A DNA stretch of 64,000 nt from a virus, in the IMG/VR virus record IMGVR_UViG_3300043419_000731, positions 1 to 64,000 of that record. One strand, 5' to 3'. The notes beneath the pieces are model-generated. The model ran no database searches, was not told the origin of the DNA, and worked only from the letters and a program-made list of their open reading frames with translations. This document shows, in pieces, positions 29,957-37,920 of this stretch (position 1 is the stretch's first letter; the number at the start of each line of letters is the position of its first letter). The position numbers and the translations under genes are program-made.

Positions 29957-30031
29957 TGCGGAGTAGAGCAGTTAGGTTAGCTCGGAAGCCTCATAAGCTT
30001 TAGGTCGTGGGTTCAAATCCCTCCTCCGCAA
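29957..30031 (+). tRNA. tRNA-CAT with initiator-like scaffold but atypical anticodon stem
   Basis: Cloverleaf; GAAGC-CTCATAA-GCTTT; T-loop TTCAAAT. Confidence 0.8.
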
Positions 30032-30154
30032 CTAAGGCCCTTAACTGTAGAGTCCACAAGACCAACCTACAGCGGTTACGTGGGACGACTCGAAAGAGTG
30101 GGAAAATCTGGAAGCAGTGTCCAAAGCTGTGAAAAGCTAGTACTAGGTCCGCCA

Positions 30155-30228
30155 GCGTCAATAGCCCAAATGGTAGAGGCGTCAGTCTTAGGAACTGATT
30201 GTTGTAGGTTCGAGTCCTACTTGATGCA
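30155..30228 (+). tRNA. tRNA-Leu(TAG), short variable loop
   Basis: TCAGT-CTTAGGA-ACTGA; 5-nt variable region. Confidence 0.85.
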
Positions 30229-30317
30229 CGATATTAAGGTTGAGTGGCAGGTGTATAGACTGACTCCCGACTGGGACAACTGGAGGCCAACGAGCTTATG
30301 TAAAGCCTCATATATCA

Positions 30318-30353
30318 GATTAGTAAGTTAGTTTGCTCGTAGACTTACTAATC
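30318..30353 (+). other. Perfect 11-bp hairpin GATTAGTAAGT...ACTTACTAATC in tRNA spacer
   Basis: Direct reading. Confidence 0.75.
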
Positions 30354-30357
30354 ACAT

Positions 30358-30428
30358 ATCGTCTAAGTGTTACGGAAGCACTGCCGTCTCCAAAGCGGCA
30401 AGCCTAGGTTCGACTCCTAGAGACGGTG
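30358..30428 (+). tRNA. tRNA-Trp(CCA)
   Basis: ATCGTCT/AGACGGT acceptor; GCCGT-CTCCAAA-GCGGC. Confidence 0.85.
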
Positions 30429-30589
30429 CAGGAAACGTTTGTATGGCAATAGGAACTTTCATTAGCTACGAAAAGTTGGCTTTTTGCTTCCGCAAACTAC
30501 AGGGGCAACTAGGAGTCTACTGTACCATCTCGTCGGGGGATGCGGTTAAAGGCCTTACAGTGTGGAATCTATAAACTGACCCGACATAA

Positions 30590-30672
30590 GGAAATATGGC
30601 AGAGTGGTCGAATGCAACGGTTTGCTAAATCGTAGATCGAAAGATCCATAGGTTCGAATCCTATTGTTTCCG
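30590..30672 (+). tRNA. tRNA-Ser(GCT)
   Basis: ACGGT-TTGCTAA-ATCGT; variable arm GATC-GAAA-GATC. Confidence 0.92.
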
Positions 30673-30676
30673 CTTT

Positions 30677-30747
30677 TCTTTCTTCGTCCAAAGGTAGGAC
30701 TCCTGTTTTTGGCACAGGCAATCTTGGTTCGAATCCAGGGGAAAGAG
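30677..30747 (+). tRNA. tRNA-Gln(TTG)
   Basis: CCTGT-TTTTGGC-ACAGG; D-stem GTCC/GGAC. Confidence 0.85.
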
Positions 30748-30751
30748 CAAT

Positions 30752-30824
30752 GCTTCTATAGCTCAGTTGGTAGAGCAGCAGACTTTTAATCTGCGGGTCG
30801 ATGGTTCGAGACCATCTGGAGGCA
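30752..30824 (+). tRNA. tRNA-Lys(TTT)
   Basis: GCAGA-CTTTTAA-TCTGC. Confidence 0.93.
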
Positions 30825-30846
30825 CAATAAATAGTATAATGGAGTA

Positions 30847-31515
30847 ATGATCAATAAAATAGAGCACACCAAAGATATATTTGAATATGAATCTTTTCTC
30901 TCAGAAGAAGAATGCAAATACCTAATTGATGGCTGGAATGCACAGGACGACTGGGATCTAACGTGCTTCTATAATGCATACGTCATATCTGGTAAAAAAG
31001 ACATTAAAGATGAATTTAAAATTAAAATACACCAGATGTATGACAGGTTTCATAAAATAGCTGAGGAGTCTTTTGGGATTCAACTTAAGCCTCTTTCTCA
31101 AAGTGCTCATAAGTGGACGGTAGGGGCATATGCAGCAGATCATGCTGACAATGCAGATCTAGATGGAACACCTAATGGGTGGGCTGCAAATAAATTAGTA
31201 ACAATTTTATATTTAAATGACAACTACGAGGGCGGGTATCTTACATTTAGAGATCATGACATATCCATCAAGCCAAAGACGGGCACCCTGATTGTATTTG
31301 ATGTAGGAATAAATAATGTTCATGCTGTAACAGAGGTCACAGATGGAGTTAGATATACCATGCTAAATTCTTTTGACTATATAGATTCCCAATATGATGT
31401 GGATTTAGAGCAGGAGAAATTAAAAGAAGAGGCAGCTAAAGAAGAATTAAAGATACATTGGCAAGAAGGCAAGATAAATCCCAATGACGCAACAATGCCG
31501 AAAATGGTATACTGA
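30847..31515 (+). CDS. Prolyl-4-hydroxylase-like 2OG-Fe(II) oxygenase
   Basis: 'HAD', 'YLND.YEGG.L.F', 'HAV..V..G.RY'. Confidence 0.85.
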   Translation: MINKIEHTKDIFEYESFLSEEECKYLIDGWNAQDDWDLTCFYNAYVISGKKDIKDEFKIKIHQMYDRFHKIAEESFGIQLKPLSQSAHKWTVGAYAADHADNADLDGTPNGWAANKLVTILYLNDNYEGGYLTFRDHDISIKPKTGTLIVFDVGINNVHAVTEVTDGVRYTMLNSFDYIDSQYDVDLEQEKLKEEAAKEELKIHWQEGKINPNDATMPKMVY

Positions 31516-31519
31516 GATT

Positions 31520-31990
31520 ATGAAACAACTAATTAACTCTCTACAGGAATTACAATCAAATTCATTCGTATACACTAACTTGGTCAAAGGGTTTTGGCTA
31601 AACACTGAATCAGTTTTAATGAGACAGTCACAAACAGTATATAAGGAAATCTATTTAGAGTCTGAAAGACTTCTACTAGAGACATCCCTGTGGTTACGTA
31701 GACTTGGTGGAGAAGCTTTATACACAATTGAAGAGATTTCTGACAGCCAAACATTAGGCAACGTAAAGCCAGATACCTACTGTGGTGTTGAAATGGCAGT
31801 CCATCTTGTTCCAATTAACAAGAGAATGATTGAAGACATTAAGATATTTACAGATCAAGCAATAGCAAGCAAAGAGTGGGCATTGGTTCAGCATCTATCA
31901 GAGCTGTTGAAAAAGCATCAGGAGTGGAATTGGTTCTTGGAGTCTAGCTTAAAGCTTCCTCCTAATCCATGGAAATCTCTTAAGGACTAA
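31520..31990 (+). CDS. Dps/ferritin-like protein (degenerate ferroxidase centre)
   Basis: Four-helix pattern 'FWLN..S', 'EIY', 'RRLGG', 'HQEWNWFLES'; TGgTATACT 6 nt upstream of ATG 31520. Confidence 0.65.
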   Translation: MKQLINSLQELQSNSFVYTNLVKGFWLNTESVLMRQSQTVYKEIYLESERLLLETSLWLRRLGGEALYTIEEISDSQTLGNVKPDTYCGVEMAVHLVPINKRMIEDIKIFTDQAIASKEWALVQHLSELLKKHQEWNWFLESSLKLPPNPWKSLKD

Positions 31991-31992
31991 AA

Positions 31993-33054
31993 TTGAAACC
32001 AGATACATCTACAAGTAATTTATGCTTTGATGACATACTTTTAGTGCCTAAGCATTCTAAAGTTGAAACAAGATATGATATCAAGATAGATACTGTAATT
32101 GGCAACCCAAATAATCCAGAGGCTTGGCTAGAAATGTGGACGCCATTTGTAATGGCTCCCATGGAGTTCATCACAAGTGATCAAATGATACACGCTCTAC
32201 TTGGGTTTGGTGGAGTTGCATTTACTAATAGATTTAAGCCAAGAGAAGAAAGAATATCTAAGTTTAAAAATCTGTTATTTGAAACACAGCATAAGAATAG
32301 ACTTGGGTTTACCATAAGTAACCATGATATATTTGCTGACGAACCACTCATAAAGGAGTTTGTTTCTGCAGGCGGAAAGCTTTTGTTAATCGATACAGCC
32401 TTTGGACACCTACAATACTCTATAGATTCAGTTAAAAGACTTAGGGAGCTTGTTCCAAACCATGTACATATCATGACAGGAAACGTCTCTTCTTATGAAG
32501 CTTATCGTGACCTCATGGAGGCAGGGGCGGACTCAGTAAGAGTAGGTATTGGTGGAGGAGCTGCTTGTACCACAAGAGTTGTAACTGGTTTTGGCGTACC
32601 AGTTCTAGGATCTTTAATTGATGTGTATAGTAAGGTAGACCCAAACCAAGTAAATGGTATTGTTTCAGATGGTGGAATCGTTTCAAATGGAGATATAGTT
32701 AAGGCACTAGCTGCTGGCGCAAGTGCAGTAATGATGGGAAGTAGATTTGCTGGACATGAAGAGTGTGAGGGCCAAGAAGATGGCAAGTTCTTATTCAGAG
32801 GTTTAGCATCTGCAGGAATCCAGATGGACCCAGTGACTGGAACAAAGCCTCCAGCAAACAGGTTTCACGTTGAAGGTGTATCAGGCTACATAGAAAATCG
32901 TGGCCCAGTATCTGATACAATTAATCAAATGATTAACAACTGCAAAAGTGGTATGTCTTACTCTGGGTGTGAAAACTTAAAAACATTTAGAGAACAATCA
33001 AGTTACATAATAGTTTCAGCTCAGTCTCTTAAAGAGTCTGGGAACAGAATATAA
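31993..33054 (+). CDS. IMP dehydrogenase / GMP reductase family (no CBS domains)
   Basis: 'FDDILLVP', 'IDTAFGH', 'GNV', '[12 protein letters not shown]', 'SDGGI...[11 protein letters not shown]'. Confidence 0.88.
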   Translation: MKPDTSTSNLCFDDILLVPKHSKVETRYDIKIDTVIGNPNNPEAWLEMWTPFVMAPMEFITSDQMIHALLGFGGVAFTNRFKPREERISKFKNLLFETQHKNRLGFTISNHDIFADEPLIKEFVSAGGKLLLIDTAFGHLQYSIDSVKRLRELVPNHVHIMTGNVSSYEAYRDLMEAGADSVRVGIGGGAACTTRVVTGFGVPVLGSLIDVYSKVDPNQVNGIVSDGGIVSNGDIVKALAAGASAVMMGSRFAGHEECEGQEDGKFLFRGLASAGIQMDPVTGTKPPANRFHVEGVSGYIENRGPVSDTINQMINNCKSGMSYSGCENLKTFREQSSYIIVSAQSLKESGNRI

Positions 33055-33065
33055 AGGAGAAAAAA

Positions 33066-33683
33066 ATGGCAGCAAAAGGAAGCCTTGAAGCAATCATTGA
33101 GGTTGCAAAGAAAGAAATTGGGACAATTGAAGGTCCAAAAGATAACGAAACAAAGTATGGTAAGTGGACAGGTGCAAACTTTCTACCATGGTGCCAGTCA
33201 TTTGTTTCATGGTGTGCATTTACTGCAGGCTTAGATCCAAAGAAGTATCCTAAGAGCGCAGCAACAGTAGCAGCATCTGACTGGTTCAAGAAGAATGAAA
33301 GATGGTCTGATGCTCGTAATGATGATCCACAGGCAGGAGACTGGATCTATTTTGATTTCCCAGATGATGGTGTCAATCGCATTTCACATGTAGGACTTTG
33401 TATTAAGAACAATGGCGATGGAACAATCCAGGTTATTGAAGGAAACACTTCAGGAACTGCTAAGGGAGATCAGCGCAATGGCGGAATGTGCGTAGAGAAA
33501 ACTCGTGGATATGTCAAGGACAACAAGAAGAAGCTGCTCAATGCAGTTGTTGGCTGGGGACGACCAGTTTATGCTGGAGAAGAAGATGCCCCACTTCTAA
33601 ACAAGTTGGCACCAGCACCCGCAAAGAAAGCAGCACCTGCTAAGCCAGCAGCTAAAAAAGTAGCACCAAAAAAGACTAAATAA
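33066..33683 (+). CDS. Endolysin, CHAP / cysteine amidase domain, Lys/Ala/Pro-rich tail
   Basis: 'PWCQSFVSWC', 'SHVGL', 'IEGNT'; AAGGAG RBS. Confidence 0.82.
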   Translation: MAAKGSLEAIIEVAKKEIGTIEGPKDNETKYGKWTGANFLPWCQSFVSWCAFTAGLDPKKYPKSAATVAASDWFKKNERWSDARNDDPQAGDWIYFDFPDDGVNRISHVGLCIKNNGDGTIQVIEGNTSGTAKGDQRNGGMCVEKTRGYVKDNKKKLLNAVVGWGRPVYAGEEDAPLLNKLAPAPAKKAAPAKPAAKKVAPKKTK

Positions 33684-34090
33684 TGTACGAATACTACGTT
33701 AGAAAAGTTGAAGGTGTAGTCGATGGGGACACAATAGATGTCCTCATCGACCTTGGCTTTGATATATTGTTTGCTTCTAGAGTTAGACTGGCTGGCATAG
33801 ACACACCAGAGTCAAGAACAAAAGATTTGGCAGAAAAGAAGCTTGGGCTAGAAGCTAAAGAGTATCTTAAATATAAATTAAAGGATGCTAAGTCTGTAAA
33901 GATTAAGACTGAAAAAATGGATTCGTCAGAAAAATATGGAAGAATACTGGGCTGGATATTTGTAGACGATCAGACTGTATCTATAAATGAGCAGATGATT
34001 TCAGATGGATATGCTTGGGGATACCTTGGGGACACAAAAGTTAAAGATTTTGAAGCCCTAGCAAAAGCGAGAGCAAACTCTAAAAAGTAG
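33683..34090 (+). CDS. Thermonuclease (SNase) family protein
   Basis: 'VVDGDTIDV', 'VRLAGIDTPES', 'KYGRILG'. Confidence 0.9.
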   Translation: MYEYYVRKVEGVVDGDTIDVLIDLGFDILFASRVRLAGIDTPESRTKDLAEKKLGLEAKEYLKYKLKDAKSVKIKTEKMDSSEKYGRILGWIFVDDQTVSINEQMISDGYAWGYLGDTKVKDFEALAKARANSKK

Positions 34091-34152
34091 TTGCAATCTG
34101 CACCTACAAAATGATATAATAGATTAGTACCTGCCGAAATGGGGGTACTAAT
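34091..34152 (+). promoter_or_regulatory. hsp20 promoter TTGCAA-N18-TATAAT plus downstream inverted repeat (CIRCE-like)
   Basis: TTGCAA 34091-34096; TATAAT 34115-34120; ATTAGTACC 34123-34131 / GGTACTAAT 34144-34152. Confidence 0.55.
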
Positions 34153-34179
34153 TTAACTCGCTTAAAAGGAGCAAAAAAA

Positions 34180-34596
34180 ATGGTAACAAATTTCGCCATG
34201 GATCTTTTCAAGGATCCATTTTTTATTGGTTTCAACCGAGAGTTGGAACGTTTTAACAGTCTAAGCAAAGTAAACAATACAGCGTTTCCGCCGTATGATT
34301 TGCTAAAGCTTGATGAGGATAACTATCAATTGTCTTTGGCAGTTGCTGGATTCACAAGAGATGATCTAACTGTATCGATTGAGGACGGAAGTCTTTGGAT
34401 TACAGGTGAAATCAAAGAGGTCTTAGATGCAGAAGTTGTTCATAAAGGAATAGCTGCACGTAAGTTTACAAGAATCTTTGAGCTTAGTGAATACATGGAA
34501 GTATCCAATGTTGAGCTAAAGGATGGAATGCTACATATCAATGTGGTACGAAACATCCCAAAGGAAAAGCAACCAAAAGTCCTAAAAATTAAATAA
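34180..34596 (+). CDS. Small heat-shock protein (Hsp20 / IbpA-like)
   Basis: 'FPPYDL', 'AVAGF', 'HKGIAARKFTR.F', 'LKDGML.I'. Confidence 0.92.
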   Translation: MVTNFAMDLFKDPFFIGFNRELERFNSLSKVNNTAFPPYDLLKLDEDNYQLSLAVAGFTRDDLTVSIEDGSLWITGEIKEVLDAEVVHKGIAARKFTRIFELSEYMEVSNVELKDGMLHINVVRNIPKEKQPKVLKIK

Positions 34597-34644
34597 CATT
34601 CTGTACGTCGGTGGACATCGGGATATGTAGGAAGCGTACAGCGT

Positions 34645-34672
34645 ACACCTGAGCATGTGTTTAAAAGGCTCA
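34645..34672 (+). ncRNA. H-type pseudoknot motif, copy A
   Basis: ACAC-CTGAGCAT-GTGT-TTAAAAG-GCTCA; two homologous copies at 60193 and 61706 with covarying stem. Confidence 0.7.
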
Positions 34673-34690
34673 CTATAGAAAAGGGAAGCA

Positions 34691-34873
34691 ATGCCAGTAT
34701 ACGAATATAAGTGTGAATGCAATGATAAGGTTGTTCCATTCAACATGTCAATTAAAGACTATCAGCCTAATCAAACCTGTGTTGATTGTGGTAAAGATAT
34801 GCAAAGACATTACACGCCAACAGGAATTCAGTTTAAAGGTAATGGCTTCTACAAAACAGATAATCCTAAGTAG
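34691..34873 (+). CDS. FmdB-family zinc-ribbon protein
   Basis: 'MPVYEYKC.C...C.DCG....FKGNGFYKTD'. Confidence 0.85.
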   Translation: MPVYEYKCECNDKVVPFNMSIKDYQPNQTCVDCGKDMQRHYTPTGIQFKGNGFYKTDNPK

Positions 34874-34940
34874 TTTAAACTAACATTCTGCTATAATTAC
34901 TAAGTAATCAAAAATATTGCATTACTTAGGGGATCCTTAG

Positions 34941-37289
34941 TTGACTAGAAAGATTAAGTATTATCTAACCAGCCTTTTTATAATCGGCTGGCTTTTCCTT
35001 TTTGGACCTAGCATAGCAAGTGCTGATGAAGTTACTGTTCAAGTAACACCAGTAAATCCTTCTTCAGATACCGCCACAGCAACCACTCCTATTACAGTTG
35101 AGATAGTTGCAAATAAAGTAGAAGCAGCAGAAACAACACTACAGGCAGCAGCACAAACACAAAGCAATGCGATCATATCTGCAATTCAGGCAAATGTTCC
35201 AAATACAGACACTCAGACTGCTACTCAAATTGCTACAACTCAAGAGCCGATTGCAACTGCGGTTGCAGAGGCTACAGTCAAGGTTCAAGAGGCTAATAAT
35301 GTAATTCAATCTGCTGAGACAGCAGTAACAGTTGCAGTAACTGCCCAAGCAGCGGTTGAATCACAAACTGCTGTGGTTGCTACAGCAATTACAACAGTAG
35401 AGTCAGCCACAGCAGTAGTTGCTACTGCAACAGAGAATGTAGTATTGGCAACAGCAGCTGTAGAATCTCAAACAGCTGTAGTACAATTAGATACGCTGGC
35501 TGTAGCAGAAGCACAATCTACTGTACAAGAATTCACCAGTCCTGGATTAAAAGTAGAAGTTTACAATGTACAGGGTCAGAACAACGCTCCAGTACTTCCA
35601 GACAATGCTGTTCCTATTCATACAACTGTTGACACTAACGGGATTAATGAGCAATGGGGTGGCGGAAACGTCGCTGGTTCTAACCGTAGTGAGGATGTAA
35701 TTGTTAAATACACAGGAACTTGGACGCCTTCAGTTGATGTAACTCATGTTCTTGCTCCAGCAGATGATGGTGTAAAACTTTATCTTGATGGTCAGATTGT
35801 TATTAACGACTGGTATGATAAAGGCGGAGGAGGAAGCGTTAATCAGGTTTCTGTATCCGCTGGAACTAGCAAAGCTTTTGAGTTGTGGTACTACGAAAAC
35901 GGTGGTGGTGCTGGTGTTTGGTTCTACCGTTATAACTCATTAACAGGCTGGATAATAGCACCTGGTTCTGAGTTTTCTCAATCATCTGCCAGCCCAGAAC
36001 AGTTAGCGGCACTACAAGCTGCTCAGAACATTCTTGCTAGTGATACGGCAGTACTAACAACCCTCACAGCAGAAAAAACAGAGGCTGAAACAAATCTAAC
36101 AAACGCTCAATCAAACCTAACATCTGCTGAAACAAACCTAACAACAGAACAACAAAACCTCACAATAGCAAATCAAAACCTAACAATTGCTATTCAGACA
36201 GCAGATTCTTTTGCAAATACAGCAACAACAAAAGTAAATGAAGCAGTAACTGCAATGACAAATGCGGCACAGGTTACAGTTAATTATTATGCAGAGCAAC
36301 AAGCAGCAGCACAGGCCGCTGCAAATGCAGCAGCGGAAGCTGCAGCGCAAAGAGCAGCTGCACAAGTAGCAGCAACGGAAGCTGCCGCCAAAGCAGCAGC
36401 GGAAGCTGCAGCAAAGGCAGAAGTAGAAGCCAAAGCAGCAGCGGAAGCTGCAGCAAAGGCAGAAGCAGATCGTGTAGCCGCAGAGGAAGCCGCTGCTAAA
36501 GCAGAGGCTGATCGTGTAGCAGCAGAAGAAGCTGCAGCAAAGGCTGAAGTTGAAGCAAAAGAACAAGCAGAAGCAGATGCTAAGGCTGAAGCAGATAGAT
36601 TAGAAGCAGAGGCAAAAGCGGCAGCTCAGGCAGAAGCAGATGCTAAGGCTGAAGCAGAGGCAAAAGCTCAAGAAGAAGCAAACGCTAAAGCAGAAGCGGA
36701 GGCTAAAGCACAAGAAGCAGCAGATGCAAAAGCAGAAGCTGAAGCAAAAGCTGCAGAGCTAGAAACGGCAAAAAAAGAAGCAGAAAAATTAAAGAAAGCA
36801 GCAGCGGAAGGAAAGTTAAGTGAAGAGCAAAAGGAAGTTGTTGTAGAAAAACTACTTGAATCAATTGAGCCTGGAAAAACAGTTTCATCTGCAGATATAA
36901 AAGCAGCAGGCGTATCTTATTCCGATTTACCACCAACAACACCAGTAGATGTTCGTACTGATGAAAATGGAAATGCGGTTGTAATTACCGCAGCAGTTGC
37001 TGCTCAAGTAGAATTACTACAAAACCCAGGAGCTCTTGTAGAAGAATTATTTACAAATCCAGCGGCAGCATTAGCTGCATTTGGAAGTATAGGTGCAGAT
37101 ATGTCAGATGAAGAAAGAGAAGAAGCAACAGACATGGTTGTTGCTACAGTTGTAGCAGCAGGTGCAGCAATTAACGCAGCAGCAGTTGCTACAGGAGGAG
37201 CCACTGGAGGTGGCACAGGAGGCGGAGGAAGTTCTGGTGGAGGCTCAGGAGCAAATTCACCAGGTTCACGAGGAGGAAGAAGATGGTAA
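34941..37289 (+). CDS. Large secreted / membrane-anchored protein: signal peptide, Ala/Thr-rich stalk, PA14 domain, AEAKA coiled-coil repeats, C-terminal hydrophobic segment
   Basis: TTG start; PA14-like 'ADDGVKLYLDGQIVINDW..YYENGGGA'; K/E/A repeats; Gly-rich end. Confidence 0.75.
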   Translation: MTRKIKYYLTSLFIIGWLFLFGPSIASADEVTVQVTPVNPSSDTATATTPITVEIVANKVEAAETTLQAAAQTQSNAIISAIQANVPNTDTQTATQIATTQEPIATAVAEATVKVQEANNVIQSAETAVTVAVTAQAAVESQTAVVATAITTVESATAVVATATENVVLATAAVESQTAVVQLDTLAVAEAQSTVQEFTSPGLKVEVYNVQGQNNAPVLPDNAVPIHTTVDTNGINEQWGGGNVAGSNRSEDVIVKYTGTWTPSVDVTHVLAPADDGVKLYLDGQIVINDWYDKGGGGSVNQVSVSAGTSKAFELWYYENGGGAGVWFYRYNSLTGWIIAPGSEFSQSSASPEQLAALQAAQNILASDTAVLTTLTAEKTEAETNLTNAQSNLTSAETNLTTEQQNLTIANQNLTIAIQTADSFANTATTKVNEAVTAMTNAAQVTVNYYAEQQAAAQAAANAAAEAAAQRAAAQVAATEAAAKAAAEAAAKAEVEAKAAAEAAAKAEADRVAAEEAAAKAEADRVAAEEAAAKAEVEAKEQAEADAKAEADRLEAEAKAAAQAEADAKAEAEAKAQEEANAKAEAEAKAQEAADAKAEAEAKAAELETAKKEAEKLKKAAAEGKLSEEQKEVVVEKLLESIEPGKTVSSADIKAAGVSYSDLPPTTPVDVRTDENGNAVVITAAVAAQVELLQNPGALVEELFTNPAAALAAFGSIGADMSDEEREEATDMVVATVVAAGAAINAAAVATGGATGGGTGGGGSSGGGSGANSPGSRGGRRW
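36387..36465 (+). repeat. 37-bp exact direct repeat (42-bp period) within AEAKA region
   Basis: GCCAAAGCAGCAGCGGAAGCTGCAGCAAAGGCAGAAG at 36387 and 36429. Confidence 0.85.
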
Positions 37290-37462
37290 GAATAATAAAG
37301 AATATCCTAAAGGATATGGTAGACCAAGCATGGACGCTTCTCGGTATGTTTATTGCTTGGGTAGTTCTGGACGGAAGTGCAAAGACAATTGTTGGATATG
37401 GAATTATAGCTACAACTGCCCTTTGGATTATTACAAGCCCGATCAGAAATAGAGAGGAATAA
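37283..37462 (+). CDS. Two-TM membrane protein (59 aa)
   Basis: MVRIIKNILKDMVDQAWTLLGMFIAWVVLDGSAKTIVGYGIIATTALWIITSPIRNREE; read manually. Confidence 0.7.
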   Translation: MVRIIKNILKDMVDQAWTLLGMFIAWVVLDGSAKTIVGYGIIATTALWIITSPIRNREE

Positions 37463-37464
37463 AA

Positions 37465-37755
37465 ATGGCAAAAGCGTATATTGAAGAACCGCAGCATGTA
37501 GGCGGAGGAGCAATTGCAAGCATAAATAATATTATTGCTAGAATTGTAGCTGTATTTGCAGCTTCTGGACTTTCAGTAATTGGAGCAGGTGCAGTAGTTG
37601 GAATTAGCACAGCTAAAGCAGTAATTTTAGCAGGAACTTTAGGAGTAGCAACAGTAGTTGAAAAGCTTGCTCGTGGATTTCTAGATGATGGCAAATTAAC
37701 TGTAGATGAGATTAATGCAGCATTCTCAGCAGTAGACAAAAAATCTGCTAAGTAA
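37465..37755 (+). CDS. Membrane protein (holin-like candidate)
   Basis: Two hydrophobic segments and charged C-terminus. Confidence 0.55.
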   Translation: MAKAYIEEPQHVGGGAIASINNIIARIVAVFAASGLSVIGAGAVVGISTAKAVILAGTLGVATVVEKLARGFLDDGKLTVDEINAAFSAVDKKSAK

Positions 37756-37770
37756 TGATATAATTAGAGC

Positions 37771-37920
37771 ATGAATAAATATCGCATAAAATTAGATGTA
37801 GAGGTAGAAGTAGAAGCCTTTAATGCTGAAGATGCAAGCGAATATATTCATGATATATTTAATATAGATGACGAAATTAAAAAGATTAATATCGTAAAAA
37901 TATCACCATTAAATCATTGA
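37771..37920 (+). CDS. Hypothetical protein (49 aa)
   Basis: MNKYRIKLDVEVEVEAF...; TGaTATAAT 6 nt upstream. Confidence 0.6.
   Translation: MNKYRIKLDVEVEVEAFNAEDASEYIHDIFNIDDEIKKINIVKISPLNH

Noticed and set aside
30070-30125. c-di-GMP-I riboswitch (CTCGAAAGAG.GGGA)
   Set aside because: Only the GNRA hairpin resembles it. The GGCAAA / GCAAAG core and P1 are absent, and it does not lead a CDS.
30080-30331. 83-aa ORF in track
   Set aside because: Overlaps tRNA-Leu and structured spacers; no RBS.
30532-30585. tmRNA (GGGGGATG start)
   Set aside because: Far too short, with no T-arm/CCA 3' domain or tag ORF.
29804-30830. Theta/HDV-like ribozymes at tRNA 3' ends
   Set aside because: No base after any discriminator starts a G-initiated P1 with the nested P1.1/P3/J4-2 pattern that I could trace. 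A descriptor search is still advisable.
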